64,000 nucleotides of DNA, taken from positions 52,206,001 through 52,270,000 of the forward strand of contig OZ249436.1 of NCBI GenBank assembly GCA_965235115.1, written 5' to 3'. The position numbers and the translations under genes are program-made. Source of the DNA: Laetmonice hystrix. Its lineage: Eukaryota. This document shows positions 37,145 through 49,343 of the stretch, one piece after another. The notes under the pieces are model-generated. The model was not told the DNA's origin. It saw nothing but the letters and a program-made list of their open reading frames with translations, and ran no database searches. Positions within the stretch are counted from its first letter, which is position 1; each line of letters opens with the position of its first letter.

Positions 37145-39556
37145 ATGATGTTAGCCTGTGCGGCAATCACTGGTCCACTGAGTAAGGAATTATTGCTCCT
37201 GTCCCTTCTATGCCTTATCTGTGTGGAGTGCCAATCGTCAAGATCATGGCAGGGGCTCCTAGCCGTGCCCCAGGAAGGGTGGCACGGGAGGGTCCATGTG
37301 ACGCCCGGACAACAGGAGGCAGCCACACGATTCCTCATTAACCTGTACGTCAGACTGACAAGAGGAGTACGTCTTCAACATGCCACGGGTCACGTCAGTC
37401 GTCAGGATCCCAACTTGGCACTGGCTAACACCGTCCGAGCGCTCTCTCCGACACGTAGGTAGGCCTAATTAGCCTACAGGGAAGTGGATTTATATACATG
37501 TACCTTAATCCCCACTTACCTGTCCTCTTCCTGAAGTGGCCGGAAATAGTCTAAGTCCGAAAAGGTACTCCACAACCGATAACAGAACAGCCATATCAAA
37601 ACCAGGTCATGTATCTGTCACATTTTGAATAGGATATGCTGAGCTGTTTAAAATTTGAAATTTGATTAAGGTATATCTAGTTCAATTGGCTTATGCTGGC
37701 TACCTGTATATAGCAGGGAAGGTAGGGGTGGGGGACCTTCTGCTAAGTTGTCGCTGCCATTTGAAGTTTAGTCGCTCACATAAGTGAGTACACCCTTAAC
37801 TATTTTGGTAAATATTTCACTATAACTTTCCCAGCAATTGCAATGGCATTGAGTTCACAAGAGTTGTACATGTCTGTGCTGAGATCGTCGTCCACTGAAA
37901 CCACTTCTCGTAGCTGGCTGATATTCCTCCACCTGGCGTTTCAGGATACCCCACAGGTGCTCAATCGGGCTGAGATCAGCTGACATGCTATAGGGCACTC
38001 ACTTTCAGTTTCAGCTTCTTCATAAAGGCAGCTGTCTGTATGGAACTATGCTTTAGGTCATTTTCGTTCAGAAATACAGCATTTCGTCCAATCATCTCTC
38101 CCCAATGCACTGTCGTTTTTGGGTTGATGGACGACTTGTATAGAAACATATTCAAATCCCTTCAAATAACGGCAACGATTCTTATCTCTACGAGTACATG
38201 ATTACTTGCCGTACCACAGTTTAGGAAATGATGCGCTCCTTTGCAAGATGGAGGAATGTCAGGTGTCCAGTATCTGCCAGCTCCGAGAAGTGGTTTCAGA
38301 CTAGTGGAAGACGATCCCAGCACAGACATGTGCAACTCTTGTGAACTCAGTGGCAAGTAGGATCAAGTCTGTTCTGGAGAACAGGGGTGGTCACACAAAA
38401 TGTTGACATTTATACAGATTCCAGTTGGGTGTGCTTCAGGGTGTACTCACTTTTGTTGTGACCATTTTCAGAAGTTTTAATTATATGCTATGTACCAAGG
38501 GTTCAAAAAACAACAACAATTATCTGAATATCTGAACGATAAAGAGAGGAACACCCTTGCTGGAAGAGAAGTGCCCAACTGGTTGAACGGTGGGGTGGGG
38601 TAAGGGGGCAGACGCTCTCTACGTCTAAATCAATCGAACTATTTCCTTGAATATAGGTAGCCTTTTTGTCGATACGATCATTCTGTCTAGCTTTCAACTG
38701 AAAAACTCCAGATTGACAAAGTAATCTTTTAGGTTCAGAGAATCGGCAGTCGAAGATGATCCTGACCTTCAAGCTGCCCCGACTTTCTGTAGGAGAAGAA
38801 ACTGAGTTGGCCGAGTTATGGCTCCAGACTGGAACATTCTCCCCAAGCGATGGATGCGCTCGCCGTCTGCATCGCGTACGGATCTCAGTAACGGACCCCA
38901 CCTGGAGTCGGCACAGGAGGTATGTTTATCATGTCACCGGGAAACGTGACCATGACAACGGCGTCACCATCCTGGATATTACGCCAGTCATCAGGGACAT
39001 GAGCAGACTGCCTGCAGGGACCTTCCCCAACAGAAACCTTTACATATCCCTTCGCAAGGTAACGCGTCTCGAGCCGTCTGCCACGCTTGCGACGTCCGTG
39101 ACTGCGGTGTTGGTAGTCTATTCTCGGAGACGCCATGACGTTTTCAACATGACGTCATACGCGTCATCGCTTTTGGACGCAACACCAGCAGCAACAATGC
39201 AGAGCCGCTCAAGTAGAGGTCGACGCGGGTCTCGAAGCAGACGACGCAATCTTTGTTCTCTGACGGATATGACGGTGAACTTCACCGCTCTCGGCTTGCA
39301 GAACTACGTCATGTATCCAACTACCTTTAACGCCTACAGATGCACGGGAAGGTGTCCCTCGCCCGTCTCCTACCCTTATAGACCGACCAATCATGCCATC
39401 GTCCAGAGTATGATTCGGCTGAGTGACAGGGGGACGCCCAGACCGTGCTGCGTGCCAGTCGAGCTTAGACCGTTGATGATGTTGTATAAACGCGGCAGTG
39501 ACATGGAAATCAGACAGCACTCAAACATGATTGTTAGCAAATGTGGCTGTTTATGA
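37145..39556 (+). CDS. nodal: TGF-beta family ligand, nodal-like
   Basis: Exon 1 37145-37454 (hydrophobic signal region, FLINLY, ANTVRA) spliced in phase 1 to exon 2 38733-39556. Furin site RSRRR; 7-Cys mature domain with YPTTFNAYRCTGRCPSP, PTNHAIVQS, CCVP..LRPLMMLY and HSNMIVSKCGCL, characteristic of Nodal. Confidence 0.85.
37769..38465 (-). mobile_element. Internally deleted Tc1-family transposon in the nodal intron
   Basis: TIR remnants CACATAAGTGAGTACACCC and GGGTGTACTCACTTTTGT; minus-strand decayed DDE C-terminus AVFLNENDLKHSS..KKLKLKV and SMSADLSPIEHLWGILKRQVEE. Confidence 0.85.
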
Positions 39557-39673
39557 CACCGATCCGTCCATATCTAAGAAAAACTAGAATTGGGCTATTC
39601 CCCACAGTGTCTGCCGTGTGCTGGGAACTCATTGAAAGCAGCATCTTTTCTGAGGTCACTCGCGATTATTAAT

Positions 39674-39856
39674 GCGATTTCCCTTGCGACGGCCATGCGA
39701 TTTTTGATTTAATGGTGGAATTTTACTTTGAATTTTTTCATGGATGGCTGTCCCTGTTTAAGGAAATGGATTCCATTCTTTAATCTCAAAATCACAGTAA
39801 AATAAAAGGGTGATGTCAAAATCGCATGGACGTCGCAAGGAAAATCGCCTTAGTGG
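39674..39856. mobile_element. Degenerate copy of the MITE at 50891-51101
   Basis: Co-linear similarity, e.g. CCCTTGCGACGGCCATGCGA..AAAATAAAAGGGTGATGTCAAAATCGCATGG. Confidence 0.8.
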
Positions 39857-39971
39857 AAGATACACATGTATTGTGTGAACTTTGAACAGAGAGTCCACCG
39901 TGTGGGTACCGGTCGTGGTGCGAAACGGGACGGTAGCAGCTGTGGGGTTGGTTTCAGAACACATTATAGTA

Positions 39972-40259
39972 CGGAGTCCTGTTGGGGACATGAAGAAAAA
40001 AAAATCGTTTAGGAGAAAAAAAATTGTGGTGATCTCGAAATTACCACTGGCATCATTAAGTCGTAATAACGAGTAATGACGTCACTAAGTGGTAATTGCG
40101 GGATCACCACAAGTGTTTTTCTCTGAAACGATCGCGATTAACTCGTAATAACGACTTAGTGACGTCATTAAGTCGTAATAACGGGTTAATGACGTCACTA
40201 AGTGGTAATTTCGAGATCACCAGAAATCTTTTTCTCTTCATGTCCCCAACAGGGCTCCG
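39972..40259. mobile_element. MITE with TA target duplication
   Basis: TIRs CGGAGTCCTGTTGGGGACATGAAGA and TCTTCATGTCCCCAACAGGGCTCCG flanked by TA; internal inverted GTGATCTCGAAATTACCACT. Confidence 0.82.
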
Positions 40260-40314
40260 TATTACGGTGCCAGCAGCAGAAGTTTTGTGCCAACAGCTTT
40301 AGAGGCCCCTATTG

Positions 40315-41030
40315 AGTGACGTTATATGCCACGTGACGTTGTATGTCAGTTTATGTCGAACATTACATGTCGGAAATGAAGATCACGTACTATTTGTGTG
40401 ACTTAACACACACGTCACGTGACATTATGTCACGCTACGTCAAATGACGTGATACGTCACGTTACATGCTACTTTACGTGAGTCACACGTCACGCGACGT
40501 TATAAGTGACATTTCGGGATGTATGATGTTATACGTGACGTCAAGTGACGTATAGCTTTATAGGTTACATCATACGCCACATGACGTCATGTTATACACG
40601 ACGTTATAGGTCACGTTACGTTCTACGTCACATTATGTCACATCTAATGACCGGAAATGAAAGATCACTTATGGTTCGCTATTTGTGTTTTATACTAACT
40701 CTAGCCATAACTGGCACCGTTACCTCGCTAAAGACACTTTAAAGGGTTTGTGACGTCACATGACTGATATACTTCATGTTACGTCACGTCTAATGGACGG
40801 AAATGAAAGATCACTTATGGTTTGCTATTGGTGTTTTGTAGTTACTATAGCCATATCTGTCACCGTTACCTCGTTAAAGACACTTAAATGTTGTGTGACG
40901 TCACATTACTGATATACGTCACGTTACGTCACATCTAATGGTCGGAAATGAAAGATCATTATGATTTTCTTTTTGTGTTTTTTAGTAACTGTAGCCATAA
41001 CTGCCATCGTTACCTCCTTAAAGATACTTT
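40315..41030. repeat. ACGT/TGACGTCA-rich region ending in ~2.7 tandem copies of a ~146-bp unit
   Basis: CACRTCTAATG..CGGAAATGAAAGATCA recurs at ~40639, ~40785 and ~40930; many GTGACGT/ACGTCAC words precede it. Confidence 0.8.
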
Positions 41031-42702
41031 AACGAGCTCGTTTCCTTTTCAAATTATGGAAATGATCCTGATCGGAATATGTTCAGTAACTTGATAAACT
41101 TGGTAACTGCATACTTGACGGTCACTTAGACATAACTGTTTTAAATAATATTAGAAGTCTACCGCGAAATTATGATACTCTTTTTTGAATTCTTGTGTCC
41201 TATGTTTTCTAAACTTTATTTTCTAATGTTGACTAAAACCTGGTTTCATGAGGTACAAATGCTAAAACATGTATACACTTCGAGGTTGTAAAACTAGACT
41301 CTTTATTGACGAAATGACATCCTTACCTTTAGTCACCAAATCTACTAGAATTACCTCAGTATCTAGACAATGAACAGACAATTAAACATAACACACATGT
41401 GGTAGTCACTGATATTTCAGACCATTTTCCCATATTCGTCAATACATTATAACCATTCCACTCACAATCAAAAAGGAACGTATGTATTAACTACGTAAGA
41501 AATTAGACTGACGACTTCCTCGGGGGATGTTAATGTCGACAGTGCAGAGCAAATGCACGTGTATTTCATCATTGTATTGTATTCATAATAATAATTCCCC
41601 TGTCAACTGCTGGCAGACCATTCAGCATTCATGGCTATTATTATTGAACGTAGGCCGAGGTAATTAATTCCAAGAGGTCATCTTCATTAACTATATAATG
41701 TCCTGCTCTCGGCAACATTACAATGCAGGACGGTGTGTTTAAGGCCGAGCAGACTCACATAAGGTTAAAACACTTTCTTGGAACCGGGGCCCGGCAGATA
41801 GAAATTCCCACATATCAACCGTTCTTACCCCTTTCAAATTGATAGAAAATTTATGTCAACACATGCCACTCGGAAAACCGAGCTGCCTCCTAACACGTTT
41901 CGGCTGCAAGATATTAAGGACATCGAGGTGTTTACTGCTATACATTTTCAGAATCTTGTGTTCAGGAAGTGTTCAGGATTTCGGAATGGCATGTGTCAAT
42001 CATTATTGACATATTTGGCGTCACAGTTCCACCAGTTTTTTTATGCCCACCCAATATAAGGCCAGTTTTTCGGTGAGCAAACGATTTTCGGTGAGCAACC
42101 GAGCGGGATAGATAGACCTTTTTCGAGTTTACGTGTGGTAAAATTAGCAGCATGTAATTCTTGTTCAGATCATCTTTAGAAAATATAATTTCTCGTGGGC
42201 GTTCTTCATGAAGGGTGGAAAATAAATTATACACATATATACATGTAGGCGACATGACTATGGATACGTATATCCTATGAGGCATGAGTACGACACAATG
42301 CAGGTTTTCGTGGTATGCACATATATTTGGCACATGCATAACAAGTCATAAATTGGTCTCTGAAACAATATAGACTTTTCAATGGTTGTTGCCCGTGGGA
42401 TATATATATAGGAATTGAGTTTGCGTGGTTGTCATATAACGCGATTTTCATTACGATCACAGCCGTCCGGGAACTTTATGAATCCGAGATATCTGACAGT
42501 TGTAGGCCTACATCTCCATTGTATAGTATCGTCACAAGATTTAGTGGTAAGAACGAGTTCACGAGTCCTAGTTCCCAACTGAAAGCCTTATCCTCGGTCT
42601 CCGGCCCTCCTCCATACATTCGTTCTACACCTACCCCTAACGCCCACCTTGTAGATATGTTGGAGCATCGGGGAATAATCAAGGCATTTGAGTCCTGATA
42701 AT

Positions 42703-43272
42703 AGACGGATGTTATACCTCAGAGTCAACATGTGTACCATTCTTTAATGTCACAGGTATTTATGGTTTGTGTAACACGCATGGTGTTATACCTTTAGACG
42801 GATATTATACCTCAGAGTCAACATGTGTACCATTCTTTAATGTCACAGGTATTTATGGTTTGTGTAACACGCATGGTGTTATACCTTTAGACGGATATTA
42901 TACCTCAGAGTCAACATGTGTACCATTCTTTACTGTCACAGGTATTTATGGTTTGTGTAACACAATGGATGGTGTTATACCTTTAGACGGATATTATACC
43001 TCAGAGTCAACATGTGTACCATTCTTTACTGTCACAGGTATTTATGGTTTGTGTAACACAATGGATGGTGTTATACCTTTAGACGGATATTATACCTCAG
43101 AGTCAACATGTGTACCATTCTTTACTGTCACAGGTATTTATGGTTTGTGTAACACAATGGATGGTGTTATACCTTTAGACGGATATTATACCTCAGAGTC
43201 AACATGTGTACCATTCTTTACTGTCACAGGTATTTATGGTTTGTGTAACACAATGCATGGTGTTATACCTTT
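42703..43272. repeat. Minisatellite, 6 copies of a 93/96-bp unit
   Basis: AGACGGAT starts at 42703, 42796, 42889, 42985, 43081 and 43177. Confidence 0.95.
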
Positions 43273-43446
43273 TTGACATTTAAAAACAAGGAACTATTAT
43301 TCGAGTGGTCGTGTTAAATTGTGCTTCCCTACAGAGGCCTTATTAGTAAAACCACCGGCCAGGCATCTAAGACCACTATTAGTTAGTAATTGTTACCAAC
43401 GAATAACTGTAACAAACGACACCCCTACTTCTATATGTATAGGGTC

Positions 43447-43945
43447 AGGTCGGGGACCGAGGTTAGGATTAATCTTTAGGGGAAATTCGGAGACCGAGGT
43501 TAGGATTAATCTTTAGGGGGAGGTCGGGGACCGAGGTTAGGATTAATCTTTAGGGGGAGGTCGGGGACCGAGGTTAGGATTGATCTTTATGGGGAGGTCG
43601 GGGACCGAGGTTAGGATTAATCTTTATGGGGAGGTCGGGGACCGAGGTTAGGATTAATCTTTAGGGGGAGGTCGGGGACCGAGGTTAGGATTAATCTTTA
43701 GGGGGAGGTCGGGGACCGAGGTTAGGATTAATCTTTAGGGGGAGGTCGGGGACCGAGGTTAGGATTAATCTTTAGGGGGAAGTCGGAGACCGAGGTTAGG
43801 ATTAATCTTTAGGGGGAGGTCGGGGACCGAGGTTAGGATTAATCTTTAGGGGAGGTCGGGGACCGAGGTTAGGATTAATCTTTAGGGGAGGTCGGGGACC
43901 GAGGTTAGGATTAATTTTTATGGGGCGCTCGAGGACCGAGGTAAG
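43447..43945. repeat. G-rich minisatellite, ~13 copies of a ~38-bp unit
   Basis: Unit GGGGAGGTCGGGGACCGAGGTTAGGATTAATCTTTAGG. Confidence 0.95.
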
Positions 43946-44820
43946 GATTCATTTTTAGGCTAGGATCTTGCCTCTATATACATGGCATAGTGTGGCATGT
44001 TACCCGCCAAGGTGGACCAACCGTTGACTTGGCCCTCCATATGTACATGCCCCCAAGAATAGCTATATCAGACGTTGATTTATAAGTAATGTTTCTTTCA
44101 TTATGCTTATTTATAAACGGATGTTGTATGGTGATGATAGAATGGTCTGATAGACTAATGACTCCGGGCAACTTCTATATCTGCTTATATGCTTGTGCTC
44201 ACAGGTATATGTTTTGTCGTTCCCACCTGCCGTCTTCAGTTTACGACTTTCTGGTCGCAGTCACATTGTTCGTCTAAGGTAGGTGCATGTTCACCATTAC
44301 ACATTATGGTTGTTATGTGTACACTTCCCATTTGAGTATCTTCTCCAGATTTTAACATTAGATGCTCCTCGCCTGTACCTTTCATTTCCACTACATCACT
44401 GTAGTGTTTGCATGGCTACTATAGGCCAGCCGGTAAGATGTAGGGACTTTTCACTCTACTGGTTGGCCTCCCACACTGCTTGGCCCCACAGTGTACTGTT
44501 TGGCCTCACTATACTCTTTGGCCTCACTGTAGGGTGCTAGGTCAGCCAGTATACCTTGTAGCGATTCCTCCCTGTCCTGTTTGGCCTCCCTGTACCGTTT
44601 GCTTGTATACAAGAGTAGCCAGTAGTGTAGGGACGCCTCATGTTTCATGTTTCCATGCCTTTATTGTCCAGGAGGCAGGCCATACGTTTCGTCTATCATC
44701 TACTCCCATCTAATCTGTGTCCCCCTACAGACCATCTGTAAGCGTCCGACAACGTTGTCAGGTCGTCGCAATGCCTGTTTGCCGTAAAGGTTTAGTTAAC
44801 AATGGCAAATGACGATATAA

Positions 44821-45913
44821 TACGGTTAGTGCCAACGACGATTACAAAAGAGGAAACACGTTTACAAATTAAAAACGACGAATGCAAAAGAGAAAACACG
44901 TTTACAAATTAAAAACGACGAATGCAAAAGAGAAAACACAAACGCAAAAGTTAGAACGGCGATTACAAAACAGAAACCACGAAAACAAATTCAAACACGC
45001 AAATGCAAGAGAGAGATCACAAACGCGAACAACAAGTTGGCGTGTAGCACGCTTACAAGAATGGTATCCATGTTCGGGGCCCAGGGACGACCAGGGCGAG
45101 TCTAAGTGGACAGGGGTGTTTGCACTCTGACTAGTTCTGGCGATACTGTAGACTAGCCTCCAGCTCTAAATGGTCTGGCCGCTCAGTCTAGCGATACTGC
45201 ACTTCCGTTAGTAGAAGAGCGGTGCATAAGGAAACCGAAAACTACCGAAAACTACTAAAAACTACCGAAAACTAGTTTTCGGTAGTAGTTTTCGGTAGCA
45301 AAAACTAGTTTTCGGTAGTTTTTCGGTACCAAAAAAAACTAGTTTTCTGTAGTTTTTTGGTAGTTTTCGGTACCGAAAACTAGTGTTCGGTACTTTTTCG
45401 GTAGTTTTTGGTACCGAAAACTAGTTAAAAACTAGTTTTCGGTTTCCTTATGCACCCCTCTGGTGCAATTCGGTAGTTTTCGGTACCGAAAACTACTACC
45501 GAAAACTAGTTTTCGGTAGTTTTCGGTAGTTTTTGGTAGTTTTCGGTTTCCTTATGCACCCGGTAGATGTCACCTCAGCTCACCCCTGTCCCACATAACT
45601 TAGACTCGTCCTGGTCGACTCTCGGCCCGGAACATGGATATCCTTTTTGTAAACGTGCTTCACGCCAAGTTGTTGTTTGTGGTGTGAGAGGGATTTGTAT
45701 TCATCGTTTTTGCTTTTGTATTTGTCGTTTTGAATTTGTATTCTTCGTTTTGAATTTGTATTTGTCGTTTTTGCTTTTGTATTTGTCGTTTTGCTTTTGT
45801 ATTCGTCGTTTTGAATTTGTATTTGTCGTTTTGCTTAAATTGTATTTGTCGTTTTGCTTTTGTATTCGTCGTTTTGAATTTGTATTCGTCGTTGGCACTA
45901 ATCGGCCACCGTA
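44821..45913. mobile_element. Fold-back non-autonomous DNA transposon with ~300-bp imperfect arms
   Basis: 44821-45120 and 45580-45913 are inverted copies (TTAGTGCCAACGACGA; TGGCGTG.AGCACG.TTACAA; CCATGTTC; CGAGTCTAAGT; GACAGGGGTG); TA at the ends. Confidence 0.75.
45221..45560. mobile_element. Nested MITE built from CCGAAAACTA subrepeats
   Basis: TIRs GGTGCATAAGGAAACCGAAAACTA and TAGTTTTCGGTTTCCTTATGCACC; a second right end at ~45433-45456 indicates a partial duplication. Confidence 0.8.
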
Positions 45914-47069
45914 GATGTACGCCTTTTCTATGTGAGATATCCCATCCCCAAGTATCAAACAAACAAAGAAAGATTACACAGAGATGTTGCAGGCAGAAAA
46001 CACCAGGGTGCAGCGCAGCTCCACTGAAGCAGCTGCGGCGGCGCTGACTGCACTGCCGCCTTCCGGCCAGCGGTGGAATCACCACGTCCACCTGGCCGGG
46101 CTGGCAGGCACCTGTGGCTCTTAGGCGAGAGACAGGTTAAAGCAATGATAAGCGAAAAATGGCTACATTTTTGATACGTCAAATTAAAACTACGCCCCCC
46201 AAAATTATTATTCTTGGGCCAGATGTAGAACTGTCAAACGTATAGGTCTCGTACGTTCGCTACAGATATAATCTTCAACCGTTTCATTTGCCATGGCTGA
46301 GCATATCGAGGTGTGTTTTTTAATTTTTTTTTGTGCGTGTAGAATTAAATGGGACCTCGACAAGGGGATATAAAGGACTTTTGATCCGAGGGCTGAGGTT
46401 GGCCCCCTCCACTTTCAAAGACCTTCCTGTGCCCCTGCTCTCTTGTGGTCGAAACCTCCTGTAACAGCCGGCTATACACTATAGGCGACTCTCTCAAAAA
46501 CGTTTAGCGTGATCCCCTAAAAATGAGCGAGTTTAAATTTTCATTGTCCAAGTTCTGGGATGGAGGCGCCAGAGGACGTCGGCCTGGTGTTATGAGATGT
46601 GGCGGGTGATGCTCGGCCCACACACGGGGCCAGTGTCAGGTGCCTCCATGACTTCTGGCGCTCCGTGTCCATCAAACTATGTCTTTTAGTGTGCCATCGT
46701 TGAAAGGCCGGAATGGTGCTTGATATTGCTATTGAAAGGCGGGGATAAAGGGCCATGCTAAAAAACAAGTTTTGGAGGATTTCCGGCAATTATCCTACCA
46801 TAATAATACCATATAATAATCCTACCACAGCATTTTGTCCTCCGACGTGTTTTCGCTGTGAATGCAGCACAAGTAGGTTCCATAGGACAAAAGGTATAGA
46901 TTTCTCCCGATAGCACATCTCCCACCATAATTTAGTAGACAACCTCCCATCAACCCGTGTAATTGCGTACTGCGTCACATCCTGTGTGTGAACTCTGTAT
47001 GTACTTAGTCACGTGGTTCGCTTAGTTGTAAACAATTTAGCAGAACTTTGCACTCGATCGTTCGGCATC

Positions 47070-47407
47070 AGAATGCCACCCAAACATATTTCGGCAGAGG
47101 AGCGGGCATGGAAAGAAAGATACAGAAGTTGGAAAAAACAGCAAGTCAATCTCGGAAACCAAGGCAAGGGGGTCGTTGGCGAGATGCCGGCACCTCGAGT
47201 GTTGAGCGAGCAAAGCGCGCTAGCGACGAGCGTCTGGCCTGGGCCGACCTGTGGGTGACGGGGGGGGGGGGGGGGGGGGCACACGGGACACGCTCGATAC
47301 GTTCCTCCCCGACTCCTTCCACCACGATCGAGTGTCAGACAATATTTCCTGACTGATAAAACTAAAAATACCGATTTTTCACGTTTCCTCATAATATGCC
47401 CCTTTAA
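47070..47407 (+). mobile_element. Probable Kolobok-type transposon remnant
   Basis: Frameshifted MPPKHISAEERAWKERYRSWKKQQVNLG and RWRDA..SDERLA resemble the V.IG..F.RW..L..D.E.A motif of transposon accessory proteins (from memory); ends CATAATATGCCCCT followed by TTAA. Confidence 0.35.
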
Positions 47408-47567
47408 TGCTTTACCTGGCTTTCCCCAGGTTCCCATACGATACACATGAGCATTCATTTTAGCTCGTGTTATATTGTTTAAAGTTGGTTGGTTTCGGGC
47501 GACAATCCACACCAAATAGAACATATATATCTCGGCAAATGTTATCGTTGCCACAAGGAAGAACTTA

Positions 47568-49192
47568 GGAGCAAATCCATGACTAGGTGGACATGGGCCA
47601 AAAGTACAAAATATTACCGGAGAAAAGATTTAGCTGGTGCAGTAACATTATTAGACCGGAAAGCTACTATAAAGATAGATTTGGTCTCTGGGGACTCATA
47701 CTGTCAATGTGTCTGTCACAAAGAAGTACCACTTGACTTTCATCAGAAACAGTAAAATCTTCCTGTATTCAACAGCTCCATGGTGACGCAAGACATAATT
47801 TTGAATAGAACAAAAAATCACTTGATATTTGTGATACACGAAAACTCTATATCATTTAGAACTCTTACCATACTGCACCAGGCTGATAGCAAGATATATC
47901 GGGTGGATAAAAAAAACGCCCCGAACTTTAAACTTTAATATTTCAAGAACTATGCGGTATAATTCAATAAAATTTATCTTAATATTACTTCATGATATTA
48001 TCTCTGGTATGTTAAAGTTTCAGCACAATAGCTTAGATATTATTCCAGTGGCGCTCAGAACAAAAATCAATGTCTAAAAATGCAATGCCGGAATTAGGTC
48101 AAATATCATGCAGCTGCCAGGTGTCCAATTTGACACCTTTTTGATGCACCGCATTGTACCTTGGGTAAAAAAAAATTCAATATTTAGTTTTTGCGTGTTT
48201 TACAATATGTATCATGTTGTGGACCACTAGATATAATAAAATATGTGCTATTCCTAGTACTTTTAGAGAAAAACAGATGTTTAATGTGCCAAACCCTACA
48301 CAGAAACTGCAACATTAGGATGATATGACTGTAATGAGAAGTTCAAGTGAAATCGTATCATTTTCACGTTTAGCAACACATTCAAAACGTTGCGTATTTC
48401 CCAATGTTGGGAAGATATTTCCCTATCAGAGATCAGGAAGTGCATTGGCTCATGGAAAAAGAGACTGAGAGCAGTATGGAGTGAAAACGGGGGACCGATT
48501 GACCACCTATTCTAGTGTGAGGCCAGGCACTCTGGGTGCGACTACAACTCGCTTTAGCCCGGCATTGCGTTTTTGTACAATGATTTTTGTTTTTAGCCCC
48601 ACGGAAATATTATCCAAGCTGTTGAGTTGTAACATTAACAACTAAGAGACAACATCATGAAGTGATATTACGAAAAATTTCATTGAATTACAATCATTAC
48701 TTTCTGAAATATTGAAGTTTAAAGTTCGGGGCGTTTTTTTTTATCCACCCGATATGTGAGGTGTTGGATATTTAAGTGCACAAATTGTAACATCAGTCAC
48801 GGTAACATCAGTCACACTATATCATGTACATTATCGGTGAAAATAAGGCAGCATTTCTCTTGTGGTTTCTTCTACGTATTTCAGTGGGATATGGTCTTGT
48901 AATGGTATAAGCAAGAACTTTCTATTTGCAGTAGTTTGAAGACAGTTTTGAATCAAAGTTTTTTCCAGATTTTGTCCATGTCCATTTTTCGTAACGTCAG
49001 TCATGCTTGTCCACCTCAACACAAAAGAAACATGGAACTATTGATGACTTGACATTATCGCCATGTCAAGCAAGGGCCAAGTATAGCAAACCACAAAAAT
49101 GGCGGCGAAACAATTAATGGCATTAACAGCTGTACAATTTTCTTTTCACATAACCCTGAAACTTGTAACGTCAGTCACGATGGATTTGCCCC
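47568..49192. mobile_element. Old TIR element hosting the mariner-type insertion
   Basis: Ends GGAGCAAATCCAT and ATGGATTTGCCCC; repeated GTAAC(A/G)TCAGTCA subterminal motifs. Confidence 0.45.
47899..48752 (+). mobile_element. Tc1/mariner-derived non-autonomous element with long TIRs
   Basis: TA|TCGGGTGGATAAAAAAAACGCCCCGAACTTTAAACTT and the inverse |TA, with similarity extending ~200 bp inward; internal transposase C-terminus QCWEDISLSEIRKCIGSWKKRLRAVWSENGGPIDHLF*. Confidence 0.88.
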
Positions 49193-49343
49193 AAGCAACT
49201 TACCGGAGGGACATTTTCCGTTGCGACACAAATTACCAATAGACTCTCTCGGCTGTCTACGACAGGTGGTGTAACTTGAGACATCGTTTTCTCTCATTCA
49301 GTGGTTGTTTCTAGGTTCGGAGAAGAAGATCGTTAAGAGGAGG

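Noticed and set aside
37455..38732. FoxH1-type asymmetric enhancer in the nodal intron
   Set aside because: I found no paired exact TGT(G/T)(G/T)ATT sites, and over half of the intron is Tc1 remnant.
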